Positions 1 to 9,348 of a stretch of DNA of 64,000 bases are shown here, piece by piece; position 1 is the stretch's first letter, and each line of letters starts with the position of its first letter. A model generated the notes under the pieces. The model was not told where the DNA came from. It saw nothing but the letters and a program-made list of their open reading frames with translations, and searched no databases. The stretch comes from a virus: positions 32,001 to 96,000 of IMG/VR virus record IMGVR_UViG_3300035696_000014. One strand, 5' to 3'. A program made the position numbers and the translations under genes.

Positions 1-132
1 GAACTGGATGACGTATTGCATGCCGGAGCAGGCGCCGCCCTTGACACCGAGACGGATGCCCCGTGCAGGGCGCTTGGCCAGCTGCTGCTTGAAGGCCCCC
101 AGGGCGTCGGGAGAAAACTCAATGATGGCCAC
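1..132 (-). CDS. iscA: IscA/HesB A-type Fe-S cluster assembly protein (partial, runs off window start)
   Basis: Not in ORF track; manual translation from GTG at 132: MAIIEFSPDALGAFKQQLAKRPARGIRLGVKGGACSGMQYVIQF, matching the A-type carrier motif RLGVKGGGCSGxxY. Confidence 0.8.
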   Translation of the reverse strand, partial: MAIIEFSPDALGAFKQQLAKRPARGIRLGVKGGACSGMQYVIQF

Positions 133-141
133 GATGGGGTA

Positions 142-170
142 ACCGTAAGGCCCATCGTGCAGATGTTTCA
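142..170 (-). promoter_or_regulatory. Class-1 promoter candidate TGAAA-N18-TACGGT
   Basis: Same spacing as the other copies; TGA is the stop codon of the upstream S66 peptidase. Confidence 0.5.
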
Positions 171-1121
171 GGCCATCGCGAAGTCGAAAGACACCTCGCC
201 CGTGTCAGCGTCCATGGTGCACTGGGCACCGACTGGAACAGGGATCGTCCAGGGCCCGTGCGAGAAGCTGTAGCCATAGACGCAGGGAGGCCCATCGCTG
301 AGGTACTCGACCAGGACGTCGTCGATGCTGGGCACCTTGAGCTCACGCTTCTTGGGCACGTCGCAGAACTCACCGACCACGATGCCGGCGACCTTGTCCA
401 GCACTCCCGCCAGCTTGCAGTGGATCAGCAGCCTTGCAATGACTTCACCGTCCTTGTGAACGTCCTCGATGAAGAGGATGGCGCCGGTGGGGTCTGGGCA
501 GAAGGGCGAACCAAGCAGGGTGCAGAAGGTGTCGAGATTGCCACCGATGACGTGGCCACGGGCCTTGCCCGGCGACACCGTCCTGGGCAGGTACTGGTTG
601 ATGCTGAAGGGTGCGTTGCCCCACACCCCATCGGTCATCATGAACTCAGTGGCGAAACGTAGGGACTCCTCGTCAGTGTGACGCAGGTAGTCACCCTCAT
701 CGATGCGGATCGCCGGGTACTGCCCGTTGATGCTGATCAGGCCCGAGCCCGCCAGGATGCCGTTGTTGAGGGCGGTGATGTCGCTGAGGCCGATCAAGGG
801 CCGACGGCTCTGGCGGATCGCGCCGTAGTCGAGGTAGGGCAACAGCTCGCCGCTGCCCATCCCACCCAGGCAGGTGTAGATCCCCTCGATGCCGGGTTCA
901 GTGAAGGCCCACATCAGCTCCTCAACGCGGTCCATCAGCGGTGCCGAGTGGATGTCGATGGTGTTGAGGTTCCTGACGCACTGGCCCAAGACGGGTTCCA
1001 GGCCGCACTCCTTGATGATGTCAAGGCCCGCGACGAGTTCGTCCGTCCTGATGGGCGAAGCAGGGGCAACAATGGCTACCCGTGCACCAGGGTTGATCCT
1101 CTTGGGCGCGATGTAGGGCAT
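168..1121 (-). CDS. ldcA: S66 family LD-carboxypeptidase (LdcA/MccF-like)
   Basis: PGARVAIVAPAS, IGLSDITAL (Ser), GGNL, LFIED (Glu), FSHG (His); start moved to ATG 1121, 6 nt after TACTTA. Confidence 0.9.
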   Translation of the reverse strand: MPYIAPKRINPGARVAIVAPASPIRTDELVAGLDIIKECGLEPVLGQCVRNLNTIDIHSAPLMDRVEELMWAFTEPGIEGIYTCLGGMGSGELLPYLDYGAIRQSRRPLIGLSDITALNNGILAGSGLISINGQYPAIRIDEGDYLRHTDEESLRFATEFMMTDGVWGNAPFSINQYLPRTVSPGKARGHVIGGNLDTFCTLLGSPFCPDPTGAILFIEDVHKDGEVIARLLIHCKLAGVLDKVAGIVVGEFCDVPKKRELKVPSIDDVLVEYLSDGPPCVYGYSFSHGPWTIPVPVGAQCTMDADTGEVSFDFAMA

Positions 1122-1127
1122 CGACCC

Positions 1128-1133
1128 TAAGTA
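1128..1133 (-). promoter_or_regulatory. Late-type promoter candidate TACTTA
   Basis: Same hexamer found before the structural genes. Confidence 0.55.
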
Positions 1134-1135
1134 TG

Positions 1136-2074
1136 TCACTGCGGTGGGATGCGGCGCCGGATCTCCTGCATCGCGAAGTCATACTTGATGGGCTCCGGGA
1201 ACAGGGCGGAGACCTCGAGCAGCTGCTCTCCCGTCAGCCCGGGCATCAACGACCGCAGGAACTCCTGGGCCCGGAAGCCACCCTGGAGGATGAACCTGCG
1301 CTTCAAGCGGTCGTTGTAGATCGCTTGCTTGATCCGCTCGTCAGCGATGGCAGTCTCTTCGCCCCACTTCTCTTTCCAGTCGAGGGCCTTGTGAACGCGG
1401 CCGTAGACGTGTTCCGCTGTCGCCGGTGTCACCGCGGTGTAGCCCTTGCGGTTGACCCACTTGAAGAAGCGGTTGATGGTCCACGGTGACGCCCAGGTCG
1501 ACACATGGAGCATGTTGCCGCTCTCCAGCAGCTCCCAGTGCTCGGGGGTCACGCACACGGTGTTGGTGAAGGCGACGGCACCGTTGAAGATGTCGAACGC
1601 ATGGATCTGCTCTTCCAGCGGCTTCACCCAACGGTGGACGACCTGGATGCGAGCGTCTCCCTCGACCAGGTACTCGACCGCAGCGCCCGTCAGGGTCGGG
1701 TTCACCTCGATGCCGTACTGCAGGCAGGCGTTGGGAACCCGAGCGTCGTTCATGAACCGGGTCACCGCCTCTTGCGACGGGAACCATACATCGATGTCAC
1801 CGCAGCCTGCGTTGACGAACTTGCCCTTGCCCTCCGTCTTCGACGGGTAGCCCAGGTGCCGGCGGACGTGCTGCTCGAAGTCCTCATCGCTCTCGCGGTT
1901 GTGCAGCAGGTAGTGCCGGGCCAGGATGGTGCCGAAGCCCCCGGCGATGTAGCCACCGTGCTCGAACATGATGCCCAGCAACCCACGGGTGGTGCCCTTC
2001 AGGATCCGCTGGTTCTTGAGGTCGTCCAGCAGCGGCATCGGGAGCTTGGTGTAGAAGAACTTCAGGTTTTCCAT
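1136..2074 (-). CDS. Putative nucleotidyltransferase (CCA-adding/poly(A) polymerase head-like)
   Basis: YIAGGF...GDIDVWF and FDIFNGAVAF (cf. DFTINA) motifs; start at MENLKFF. Confidence 0.6.
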   Translation of the reverse strand: MENLKFFYTKLPMPLLDDLKNQRILKGTTRGLLGIMFEHGGYIAGGFGTILARHYLLHNRESDEDFEQHVRRHLGYPSKTEGKGKFVNAGCGDIDVWFPSQEAVTRFMNDARVPNACLQYGIEVNPTLTGAAVEYLVEGDARIQVVHRWVKPLEEQIHAFDIFNGAVAFTNTVCVTPEHWELLESGNMLHVSTWASPWTINRFFKWVNRKGYTAVTPATAEHVYGRVHKALDWKEKWGEETAIADERIKQAIYNDRLKRRFILQGGFRAQEFLRSLMPGLTGEQLLEVSALFPEPIKYDFAMQEIRRRIPPQ

Positions 2075-2817
2075 GTGATGTCCTCCCATCCTTTGAACCG
2101 CTGCTGCATCACCTCGAGCGCCTGTGGGTTGATGTCGGCCAGGACGAAGCTGCGGCCGTGCTTGTGTGCCGCCTCTCCGGTGGTGCCGCTGCCGGCGAAG
2201 ACGTCCATGACAACGCCACCGGGCGGGCTGGAGGCAAGGACCGCGCGCTCGACGAGCTTGACGGGCTTCTGGGTCGGGTAGCCCGTCCGCTCCTTGGCTT
2301 GGGTGCCAACGATCGACATCCACCACACGTCAGTGGGCACCTTGCCCGCTTCCGCCCGCGCAGGATCCTTCTGCAGGCCCGGCGCCATGTACGGGATGCG
2401 GTCGATGGCATCCCAGTTGAAGATGTGCCGGTCCATGTCCTTAACGTAGACCAGGATGGTGTCGTGCTTGCGGGGCCAGCGGTCCTTGCCCCTGCCACCG
2501 TAGTCGTAAGCCCAGATCACTTCGTTCAGGAAGTTCTCGGCCCCGAAGATGTTCTCACAGGCGATGCGAGCATAGTGACACCATCGCCAGTCCAGGTGAA
2601 GGTACAGCGTGCCCGTCGGCTTCAACGTCCGGTGCAGCTCGTGGACGTGACGCCACAGGAACTCGTTGTAGTCACGTCGAGTGTCCTCGTACGACATGCC
2701 GTGAGCGGACTGCGTCACTCCCGTCCCAAAGGGCGGATCGATGTAGACCAGGTCCACGCTCTCATCGGGGGTCTGTGCCAGCACCCCCATAGCGTTGCAG
2801 TGCCAGACGGTGTTCAC
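2062..2817 (-). CDS. N6-adenine/N4-cytosine DNA methyltransferase (beta class)
   Basis: YIDPPF motif IV, YPTQKP, then DVFAGSGTT motif I. Confidence 0.92.
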   Translation of the reverse strand: MNTVWHCNAMGVLAQTPDESVDLVYIDPPFGTGVTQSAHGMSYEDTRRDYNEFLWRHVHELHRTLKPTGTLYLHLDWRWCHYARIACENIFGAENFLNEVIWAYDYGGRGKDRWPRKHDTILVYVKDMDRHIFNWDAIDRIPYMAPGLQKDPARAEAGKVPTDVWWMSIVGTQAKERTGYPTQKPVKLVERAVLASSPPGGVVMDVFAGSGTTGEAAHKHGRSFVLADINPQALEVMQQRFKGWEDITWKT

Positions 2818-3278
2818 GACCCAAACGGGTTCTCGATGCCTGACTCGACGAACTGCGGCGCGGTCGCCTCAGCAGGCTCAGCGCCGGTCTCCGGCGGAGG
2901 GGGCACGACGTTGGCCTGAGCCCTGGGCATCGAAGCCATCTTCGCCAGGATCTCTTCCATCTTCTTGGCGAGCTCGTCGGTCGCCGCAGTGCACTGCTCG
3001 ATGATCTGGTTCGTGGCCACCAGACGACGCACCATCTGCGCCTTCTTCGCCGGTGCCCACTTCTTGACGCCCTTCCGCTGCATCAGGTCCTCGAGGCGTT
3101 CCTTGCGAGAGGTTGCCGCCTGAAGCGTGTGCTGGACGTAGGCGAGCTGGTACTGAAGGACCATCGGGTGGTCCTGCGGGATCTCAGCTGGCGTCGGGCC
3201 GGTGATCGGCTTCGTCTCCGAAGAGTCTGACGGAGTCCGGACCAGGTGTCGGTTCTTCAGCAGGGAGGCTCGTGTCAT
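2814..3278 (-). CDS. Hypothetical protein
   Basis: ORF with phage-like codon usage; 4-nt overlap with downstream gene. Confidence 0.6.
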   Translation of the reverse strand: MTRASLLKNRHLVRTPSDSSETKPITGPTPAEIPQDHPMVLQYQLAYVQHTLQAATSRKERLEDLMQRKGVKKWAPAKKAQMVRRLVATNQIIEQCTAATDELAKKMEEILAKMASMPRAQANVVPPPPETGAEPAEATAPQFVESGIENPFGS

Positions 3279-4071
3279 GGGTCGAACCTACAACCCCCGC
3301 TGCCGTCTTTACACGCTCGACCATCTCTTCGAACGTCTTCTCGTCCTTCTCGATGACGACGAACCGACGACCCAGCTTGATCGCGGCGAGAGCCGTGGTA
3401 CCCGAGCCCGCGAATGGGTCGATCACCCACTCACCTGGGTTGGTGTGGACCTCGATTGGGATCTCCATGACACGTTGCTGCTTCTGGGCGTCATGGACCT
3501 TGCCCCGCATGATCTCGGTGATGTCCATCCAGACGTTGGTGCGGCGCTTCCTCTCGTCGTGGGCCGGGTACTTCTTGTTGTAGCCCGGATAGCCCCTCAG
3601 CTGCTCAAGGTACGGGACGTGGAAACACCTGGGCTTCTTGGCGTCGCCCTTGCAGATGTACGCCAGCTCCTCACGGGTGAAGAGGTAGTTGTGCTGGACG
3701 CCGTACCCGCGCTTCTTCGACCAGGTGATGAGGTTTGCCACCTCTAGGTTGCGGTGTTTTTTCTCGACCTCGGCCAGGTACCGGAAGAAGGGACGGAACC
3801 GAGGTACCCCGACACCGCCCCAGACGTAGAAGGCACCGCCAGGCAACAGGATGTCAGTCCAGGCCCGCGTCCACTCCAACATCCAGCTGACGAAGTTCTC
3901 CTCGTCATCGCCGACCTGGTCCCACTTGGTGTTGCGAAGGATGTTGCCGTAGGGCGGGTCGGCGATGATAAGGGGCACGTCACCTGTCAGCTCGCGGACA
4001 CGCACCCGGGTCGCCGACTCAGCCGAGTCAGCGCAGATGCAGTAACCAGTGCCGACCTTCTCGATCTTCAC
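3184..4071 (-). CDS. N6-adenine/N4-cytosine DNA methyltransferase (beta class)
   Basis: IADPPY, HDAQK, DPFAGSGTT; GTG start overlapping upstream TGA. Confidence 0.9.
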   Translation of the reverse strand: MKIEKVGTGYCICADSAESATRVRVRELTGDVPLIIADPPYGNILRNTKWDQVGDDEENFVSWMLEWTRAWTDILLPGGAFYVWGGVGVPRFRPFFRYLAEVEKKHRNLEVANLITWSKKRGYGVQHNYLFTREELAYICKGDAKKPRCFHVPYLEQLRGYPGYNKKYPAHDERKRRTNVWMDITEIMRGKVHDAQKQQRVMEIPIEVHTNPGEWVIDPFAGSGTTALAAIKLGRRFVVIEKDEKTFEEMVERVKTAAGVVGSTHDTSLPAEEPTPGPDSVRLFGDEADHRPDAS

Positions 4072-4880
4072 AGAACTTCGACGAGTCCCTGCAACGCGGG
4101 CTTGCCGTACTCGGCTGCGCCCACATGGCACTCGAGGTTGGGTGCGATCTGCCCGTCGTACTTGCCGTGCGTGTGGCCCGCCAGGACGGTGAACTTGACG
4201 TTCGGGAACGCCTTGGCAGCGTCCAGGAGCATGTCACCCATCATCTTGCTGGTGAACCACGGTGCAGCATTCCAGTCACCCTGCTTGCCCTCGTGGATGT
4301 GAGCTTGAGGCCAGGGCGGATAGTGGGTCAAGATGACCAGCTGCCGGTGGTAACGGACCGCCTGCTTGATCGAGTCATGGAGGTGAGTCACTCCCTCGTG
4401 GGCCAGCTTCCTGGCTTCAGCCACGATGGTCGACTTGGCTCCGTTGACAGCGATGAAGTCATGGATGGCGTGCCAGTCCGTCATGTCGAAAGTGCTGTTC
4501 TTCCACTCACCGTAGATCGCATCGTACCAGCCGTCATGGCCCAACACTGCGGTGGTGGGGGTCAGGGCAACGTACGGGATCGTCGGCAGGTACCGAAGAA
4601 ACGGGCTGGCGTTGGTCAGGGCCTTCATCTGCTTCCGGACGTCTTCGATGCGGGCACCGTAGTAGTCATGGTTGCCCAGGACGAAGTAGATGGGCCTCTT
4701 GGCGATGGTCTCCAACGCTCCCAAGTGGAACGCCAGCCTCTTGGCCACAGACAGGTCACCCGTCAGGAAGATCCCAGTCGGGCCGTCCTTGATCAAGCTC
4801 TCCCCGAACTGGATGATACGACGGTTGTCCTCGTTCAAGAAGTCGAGGTGGATGTCTGTTGCCCAAGCGTACTTGCCCAT
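4068..4880 (-). CDS. Calcineurin-like metallophosphoesterase
   Basis: DIHL, GD, GNHD, HYPP, GHTH motifs; ATG 7 nt after a -10 box. Confidence 0.9.
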   Translation of the reverse strand: MGKYAWATDIHLDFLNEDNRRIIQFGESLIKDGPTGIFLTGDLSVAKRLAFHLGALETIAKRPIYFVLGNHDYYGARIEDVRKQMKALTNASPFLRYLPTIPYVALTPTTAVLGHDGWYDAIYGEWKNSTFDMTDWHAIHDFIAVNGAKSTIVAEARKLAHEGVTHLHDSIKQAVRYHRQLVILTHYPPWPQAHIHEGKQGDWNAAPWFTSKMMGDMLLDAAKAFPNVKFTVLAGHTHGKYDGQIAPNLECHVGAAEYGKPALQGLVEVL

Positions 4881-4887
4881 GCGGTTG

Positions 4888-4916
4888 ATCATACCGCACC
4901 CGAGCAGACCTGTTCA
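4888..4916 (-). promoter_or_regulatory. Class-1 promoter TGAAC-N18-TATGAT (leaderless)
   Basis: Motif read directly; TGA is the upstream stop codon. Confidence 0.7.
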
Positions 4917-5573
4917 GACGTCGACCAGGGACTCGCGGAGGCTGGGCTCACCGTAGAGGTTCCGGAGCTTTTCCTTCAGCTCTACGTTGGTGTCGACGCC
5001 GTAGCGTTCCCGGTAGTACTTGAGCGTGTCGTGTGGCGATGCATTCTGGAGGTCATGGGCCTCGATCTCGTCGATCCTCAGGGCCATGTCGTCGGCAGTT
5101 GGGTGAAGCAGCTCCTCGTAGTCGGCCTGCGCAATCAACCGCTTGTGCAGACGTTCGGGGATGAGCCGCAGCATGTCGAGGTAGCACCTGCGATAGTGGT
5201 ACGCATCGCTCTTGAAGCACTTCTCCTTGAACTCCTCCGGAGGCTCCTCGGGCTGCTCATGCGGGCGTTCCTCGAGCCAGCGCTGCTGGACCAGGCCCGG
5301 GTCTGCCAGCCGGCAGTAGATGCGAACGTACCAGAACTTCTCCTTGTGCTGGCTGACTTTGATCGTCGAGATGTCCCGACCCACGTACTTCCGGGGTGCA
5401 TTGCACTCGGGCACCGTGTAGTTCAGGCGAGCGGCAACGAAGGCTGCCATGGGTCCGACCAGCTGGAAGTCTTCCTTGTTCTCGGTACAGGCGTCCATGG
5501 TGTGTCCTTGTTCAAAGCAGGTGAAGCACGTCTGGAGGTTGAACCCCGAGCACTGTTCTGTGATCGTCTTCAT
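4914..5573 (-). CDS. Hypothetical protein
   Basis: Start MKTITEQC overlaps RNA ligase stop (ATGA). Confidence 0.6.
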   Translation of the reverse strand: MKTITEQCSGFNLQTCFTCFEQGHTMDACTENKEDFQLVGPMAAFVAARLNYTVPECNAPRKYVGRDISTIKVSQHKEKFWYVRIYCRLADPGLVQQRWLEERPHEQPEEPPEEFKEKCFKSDAYHYRRCYLDMLRLIPERLHKRLIAQADYEELLHPTADDMALRIDEIEAHDLQNASPHDTLKYYRERYGVDTNVELKEKLRNLYGEPSLRESLVDV

Positions 5574-6358
5574 CCGAACATCCTGTCGTAGGCGCCGAGC
5601 TCGAGGCGGTTGGGGATGATGGGCCGGTCGTGCCAGTGTGTGTCCTGGTCGAGGATGGCGTTGGTGAACGAACCCCTGACGAACTTGTACCTGCCCAGGA
5701 TCTTGTCCTGGTCTTCCCACTTGATGTAGAGGCCCTCCATCAGGCGGGTCTGGTCTGTGTGGGCCCAGCCCTCGGTGGCGACGACACCCGCGGCTTCGGC
5801 AGCGTTGTTGAAGTTGAGCACCCACTCGTCGGAGATGAAGTTCGACCGTCCGATCATCGCTTCGAGCTCGTCGAGCTTCTTGAACTCGCCGACTGCCAGC
5901 ACCTTGACCGGGTGGACGATGTCTGACGCGAAGCGCAGCAGCTTGTCCCGAGCCGGGGTCGACAGGAAAGTGTTGGTCTCCAGGTCCAGGACGTCGAACT
6001 CCATGAAGTAGTGGGGCAGGGCGTCGTAGTACATCGTGTGCTTGGCGTACATCCACTCGCCGTACATGACGTAGCGAGTGTCCAGGATCTGCCGCAGCTC
6101 TTCCTGCCGGGCTGAGGCCCAGGTCTTCAGCAGGTCGAAGTGCCTCTCACGAGGACCACCTCGGAGGTAGTGCCCACGCGACTGGAGCAGGAGCTTGCCC
6201 GTCTCGTCGAAGCTGATGCCAGCGTTGGCGCCGTCGATCTTCTCCTCGATGACGAGCCGCTTGCCGACCAGCTCCTCCCAGGGAACCGCCTCGAGGTCGT
6301 GGTCGCCGTGTTGGAAACGGCTACCCCTGATGTGTTGGGTCCGCGGGTACTTGTACAT
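5570..6358 (-). CDS. ATP-dependent RNA ligase family protein
   Basis: KYPRTxH, EKIDGAN (motif I), GEW, FDV, EGLYIK, RYKFV. Confidence 0.88.
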   Translation of the reverse strand: MYKYPRTQHIRGSRFQHGDHDLEAVPWEELVGKRLVIEEKIDGANAGISFDETGKLLLQSRGHYLRGGPRERHFDLLKTWASARQEELRQILDTRYVMYGEWMYAKHTMYYDALPHYFMEFDVLDLETNTFLSTPARDKLLRFASDIVHPVKVLAVGEFKKLDELEAMIGRSNFISDEWVLNFNNAAEAAGVVATEGWAHTDQTRLMEGLYIKWEDQDKILGRYKFVRGSFTNAILDQDTHWHDRPIIPNRLELGAYDRMFG

Positions 6359-6608
6359 GACGCTCCTCGAGAAGCTGCAGGACAGTCTTCTCTTGACTGT
6401 ACCACGTTTTGAACTCGCTTTCACTCATGCCCAACCACTCGTGAGCCTTGACGTTCTGGTCGACGGGCTGACGTCGTTGCCAGTCCTCGTAGTCCTTCAT
6501 GACCTCGCCCTCTTCGGCAGTGCCGTGCTCGAGGCGGTCCATGAAGTCGGTCCAGTCGTGGTAGTTGTAGTCCGGCAAGAACGCTCGGCCTGACTTGTTC
6601 GTCTTCAT
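6321..6608 (-). CDS. Hypothetical protein
   Basis: ORF with AGGAGG RBS, coupled to neighbours. Confidence 0.6.
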   Translation of the reverse strand: MKTNKSGRAFLPDYNYHDWTDFMDRLEHGTAEEGEVMKDYEDWQRRQPVDQNVKAHEWLGMSESEFKTWYSQEKTVLQLLEERHVQVPADPTHQG

Positions 6609-6943
6609 CGGTCCCTCCTGCCCCTCTGCCGGCCCTGCGCAGCTCGTTCCTGTCGGATCTGCCGCGCCTCGGGCTTGTTGGGGATGTGCTCTCGCTTCGC
6701 CAGCTCCTCTTTGAGCTGGGCGATGGTGACTTCACTGAGCTCCTCCCAGTGGCCACCGATCAGGTCGGCGTCGACCGTGGTGACGGTGTCCTCTTCTTGG
6801 ACCTCGTCCTGGTCGGGGTACGGCGTGCCGGTGATGTCCTCGATGATGCCCGCCATGTGGCTGCCGCGGGCACGGGTCATCCGCAGCGCCTTCAGCAGCA
6901 GGCGAGTGTGGAGCTTCGGGAGAATGGCGGCGGTGACGGTCAC
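6605..6943 (-). CDS. Hypothetical protein
   Basis: GTG start after AAGGAG; alternative ATG at 6856. Confidence 0.5.
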   Translation of the reverse strand: MTVTAAILPKLHTRLLLKALRMTRARGSHMAGIIEDITGTPYPDQDEVQEEDTVTTVDADLIGGHWEELSEVTIAQLKEELAKREHIPNKPEARQIRQERAAQGRQRGRRDR

Positions 6944-7143
6944 TCTGGGATCTCCTTGAGGATGTTCACCGCAGCCTGCACGGCCAGGCGGTGGGTCCGC
7001 TGCATCGAGCACTCGTCGCTGCCCATCCCGCCACACGGTCCGTCGGGGTACGCGCACCAGCTGTCGTGGCCCGGTGATGCTGCAACGAGGTCCGCTAGGG
7101 CCTTGCGCAACCGGGTTCGCGGGCTGTCAGCTCGGACGGTCAT
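6940..7143 (-). CDS. Small Cys-containing hypothetical protein
   Basis: Fills gap between coupled genes; start uncertain. Confidence 0.4.
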   Translation of the reverse strand: MTVRADSPRTRLRKALADLVAASPGHDSWCAYPDGPCGGMGSDECSMQRTHRLAVQAAVNILKEIPE

Positions 7144-7312
7144 CTGGCACCACCATACCACGGCCGACGCAGAGATGACACACCCAGTGGCCCTGCTTCT
7201 TGCGCCACCCGTGTATCATCCCTTCTCGACACGCGAACTTGCGGAGCTTGCGGCAGATGGGGCACCTCTTGCGAAGGCCATGGGTGCCCCTCTTTGCCGC
7301 CGAGCCCCTCAT
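7127..7312 (-). CDS. Small basic zinc-finger-like protein
   Basis: CPIC...CHLC pairs; ATG overlaps PNK stop (TGATG). Confidence 0.45.
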   Translation of the reverse strand: MRGSAAKRGTHGLRKRCPICRKLRKFACREGMIHGWRKKQGHWVCHLCVGRGMVVPDDRPS

Positions 7313-8295
7313 CAGAAGTTCCCGGGCGCGACCTGGAAGCAGTGGAGGCCCATCTCGCGCCAGTTGTCGACGACCTGGTTCCGGTCGTCCAGCACGAAGA
7401 GGATGTTCCACTTGCCCTTGATCTCGTTGTCGAACATCTCGCGCTTGATGATGGCATCCTTTCGCATGTCACCGGTCTTGCGCATGTGGAGCTCGTACGG
7501 GATGCCAGGCAGGTGCTCTGCCAAGAACGTTTCCGTCGGCGCGCGGTACTTCTCCTCGCGGCCCGACGTGAACAGGATCTTGACGTCCTTCGCACGGCCC
7601 TTGGGAGCGACCGAGCAGAGGTAGGCGTACATCGCCTTGATGCACTCGACGACGGGCCGGTTGGGCGGGTCCTTGTCGCAGTTGGTCGCGTCGTAGGGCG
7701 ACCGGCCGTTGAGCAGGGACGTCGTCCCGTCCAGGTCGCAGTCGATGGTCGTCAGGAGGTTCGGGTCCTCCTGGTAGACCATGCCGTTGTCGCCACTGCC
7801 GCCCGGAGCCCAACGGGGCGGGTAGTAGGACTCCTTGTCGTTGAGCTTGCGGCCCTTGTCGAGGCCAGCGCCACGGGCCATGTCCTTGATGACCTTCTCG
7901 CCGACCTTGGCAAAGCCCTCGCGGCCTGCATCACGAGCGATGCAGGTCTCGACGCTCTCGTTGATGGCCATCTCGATGACCTTGATGTCACCGATCGACA
8001 TCGCCAGCTCGTGGAGCTTCTTGACCGTCTGCGGCACCAGGTGGGTGTCGTCGAAGATGACGTCGAAGCCCTCACGGATCGCCTGGCGAGCCAGCTCGTT
8101 CTTGAAGTTGCGGACCAGGTCCTCCCGCTCGTTGCGGTTGCCGCCGTACGGGTTGTTGCCCGGGCCGACGACCATCGACCGCAGGTCGTCCCGGTTGATG
8201 CGGACGAAGCGTCCCGGCTCCTTCTTGATGAGCTCGGCCGCCTTCCGCGACTTGCCGCAACCCGGCAAGCCTCGCATGATGATCATCGTTCGCAT
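7312..8295 (-). CDS. pseT: Polynucleotide 5'-kinase/3'-phosphatase (T4 PseT-like)
   Basis: P-loop GLPGCGKS, RINRDDLR; HAD domain DLDGT, SGR, DDR. Confidence 0.92.
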   Translation of the reverse strand: MRTMIIMRGLPGCGKSRKAAELIKKEPGRFVRINRDDLRSMVVGPGNNPYGGNRNEREDLVRNFKNELARQAIREGFDVIFDDTHLVPQTVKKLHELAMSIGDIKVIEMAINESVETCIARDAGREGFAKVGEKVIKDMARGAGLDKGRKLNDKESYYPPRWAPGGSGDNGMVYQEDPNLLTTIDCDLDGTTSLLNGRSPYDATNCDKDPPNRPVVECIKAMYAYLCSVAPKGRAKDVKILFTSGREEKYRAPTETFLAEHLPGIPYELHMRKTGDMRKDAIIKREMFDNEIKGKWNILFVLDDRNQVVDNWREMGLHCFQVAPGNF

Positions 8296-8816
8296 TACCC
8301 TCTCCTAAGTTTCTCGAGCTTCCTCTGCGCCTCAGCGAGTTCCTTCTCGGCCTCGACGACGGCAACCTTCTTCCAGTACGCTTCGTTCTTGAGCTTCTCT
8401 TCTTGCCGCTTCAGACGGGCCTTGGCGACACGCTCTTTCTGGTCAACGACCTTGACCTCGTGGACAACGAACTCGATGAGCTCGGGGACCGGGGCATTGG
8501 GTCGCTCGTTCGACAACGCGGTGATCTTGCCTTGTGCTGGTCCCTTCGTCGTCCACAGCCGACCGTCAGCGAGCTCCTTGACCCAACCGCTGCGGCGCCC
8601 ACCCTGAGCGTACGTTCGGTAGTACTCGCCTTTGTCGTTGCGGACCATGTAGAAGGTTGCCAGCACGGGCTTGGGCGCAGCGTGGTGCCTGTAGGCGCAG
8701 CCACAGAACCCATACCTGTTACCGGGTTCCCAACACGCGTAGCCGACTGCTTCAGCGTCCCGGTGGCTCGCCATTGGGTGCTGGCACTCTGGGCAGAAGT
8801 GGGGCGCCTCACTCAT
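8295..8816 (-). CDS. Hypothetical protein (N-terminal Cys/His cluster, C-terminal coiled coil)
   Basis: CPECQH...CGC; ATG 7 nt after TGCAA-N18-TAAGGT. Confidence 0.65.
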   Translation of the reverse strand: MSEAPHFCPECQHPMASHRDAEAVGYACWEPGNRYGFCGCAYRHHAAPKPVLATFYMVRNDKGEYYRTYAQGGRRSGWVKELADGRLWTTKGPAQGKITALSNERPNAPVPELIEFVVHEVKVVDQKERVAKARLKRQEEKLKNEAYWKKVAVVEAEKELAEAQRKLEKLRRG

Positions 8817-8856
8817 GCCCCAGACCTTATCTCAGGCCGGGACGGGTTTGCACTAT

Positions 8857-9348
8857 TCATTTCTCAGTGACGAGCGTACCAAAGACACGGTCCCAGACGA
8901 ATGACACGATGCCGAAATTCTTGTCCATGTTGGAGTGATGAATGAAGTGCAACCGTCGCAGCTTCTGGTAGGTCCGGAGGTGCATCAACGGGTGGCGCCT
9001 GACATGGAAGCTGTCATGGACCCAATCATTAAGGAACCCAAGAGTAGCGACGCAGGTACCCAAGACGGCTAGCATCCACCAAGGCCAGTGCAGGCTCCAG
9101 ACAATCAGAGCCGCAGACCCCATGAGGACCAACAACGGTGGAGTGAAGAGCAACAATCCGTTGTTGTACCACTTGGGAAACCTGTACCGGTCACTGGTCA
9201 GTTTTCCTGGTGGGTACTGTGTCAAGTGGTGGTCCATGTGAGCCCGGTGCAAGACCCACGTCCAACGCTGGTGCAGGGCCCAGTGTCCAAGATGGCCAAC
9301 AAGGCTCGCAACGATTAAGGAGATGATGAGAGTCAGCAAAAAGAGCAT
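8857..9348 (-). CDS. Sterol desaturase / fatty acid hydroxylase family membrane protein
   Basis: His boxes HWALH, HMDHH, HDSFH, HFIHH; NFGI, WDRVFGT; hydrophobic helices. Confidence 0.88.
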   Translation of the reverse strand: MLFLLTLIISLIVASLVGHLGHWALHQRWTWVLHRAHMDHHLTQYPPGKLTSDRYRFPKWYNNGLLLFTPPLLVLMGSAALIVWSLHWPWWMLAVLGTCVATLGFLNDWVHDSFHVRRHPLMHLRTYQKLRRLHFIHHSNMDKNFGIVSFVWDRVFGTLVTEK

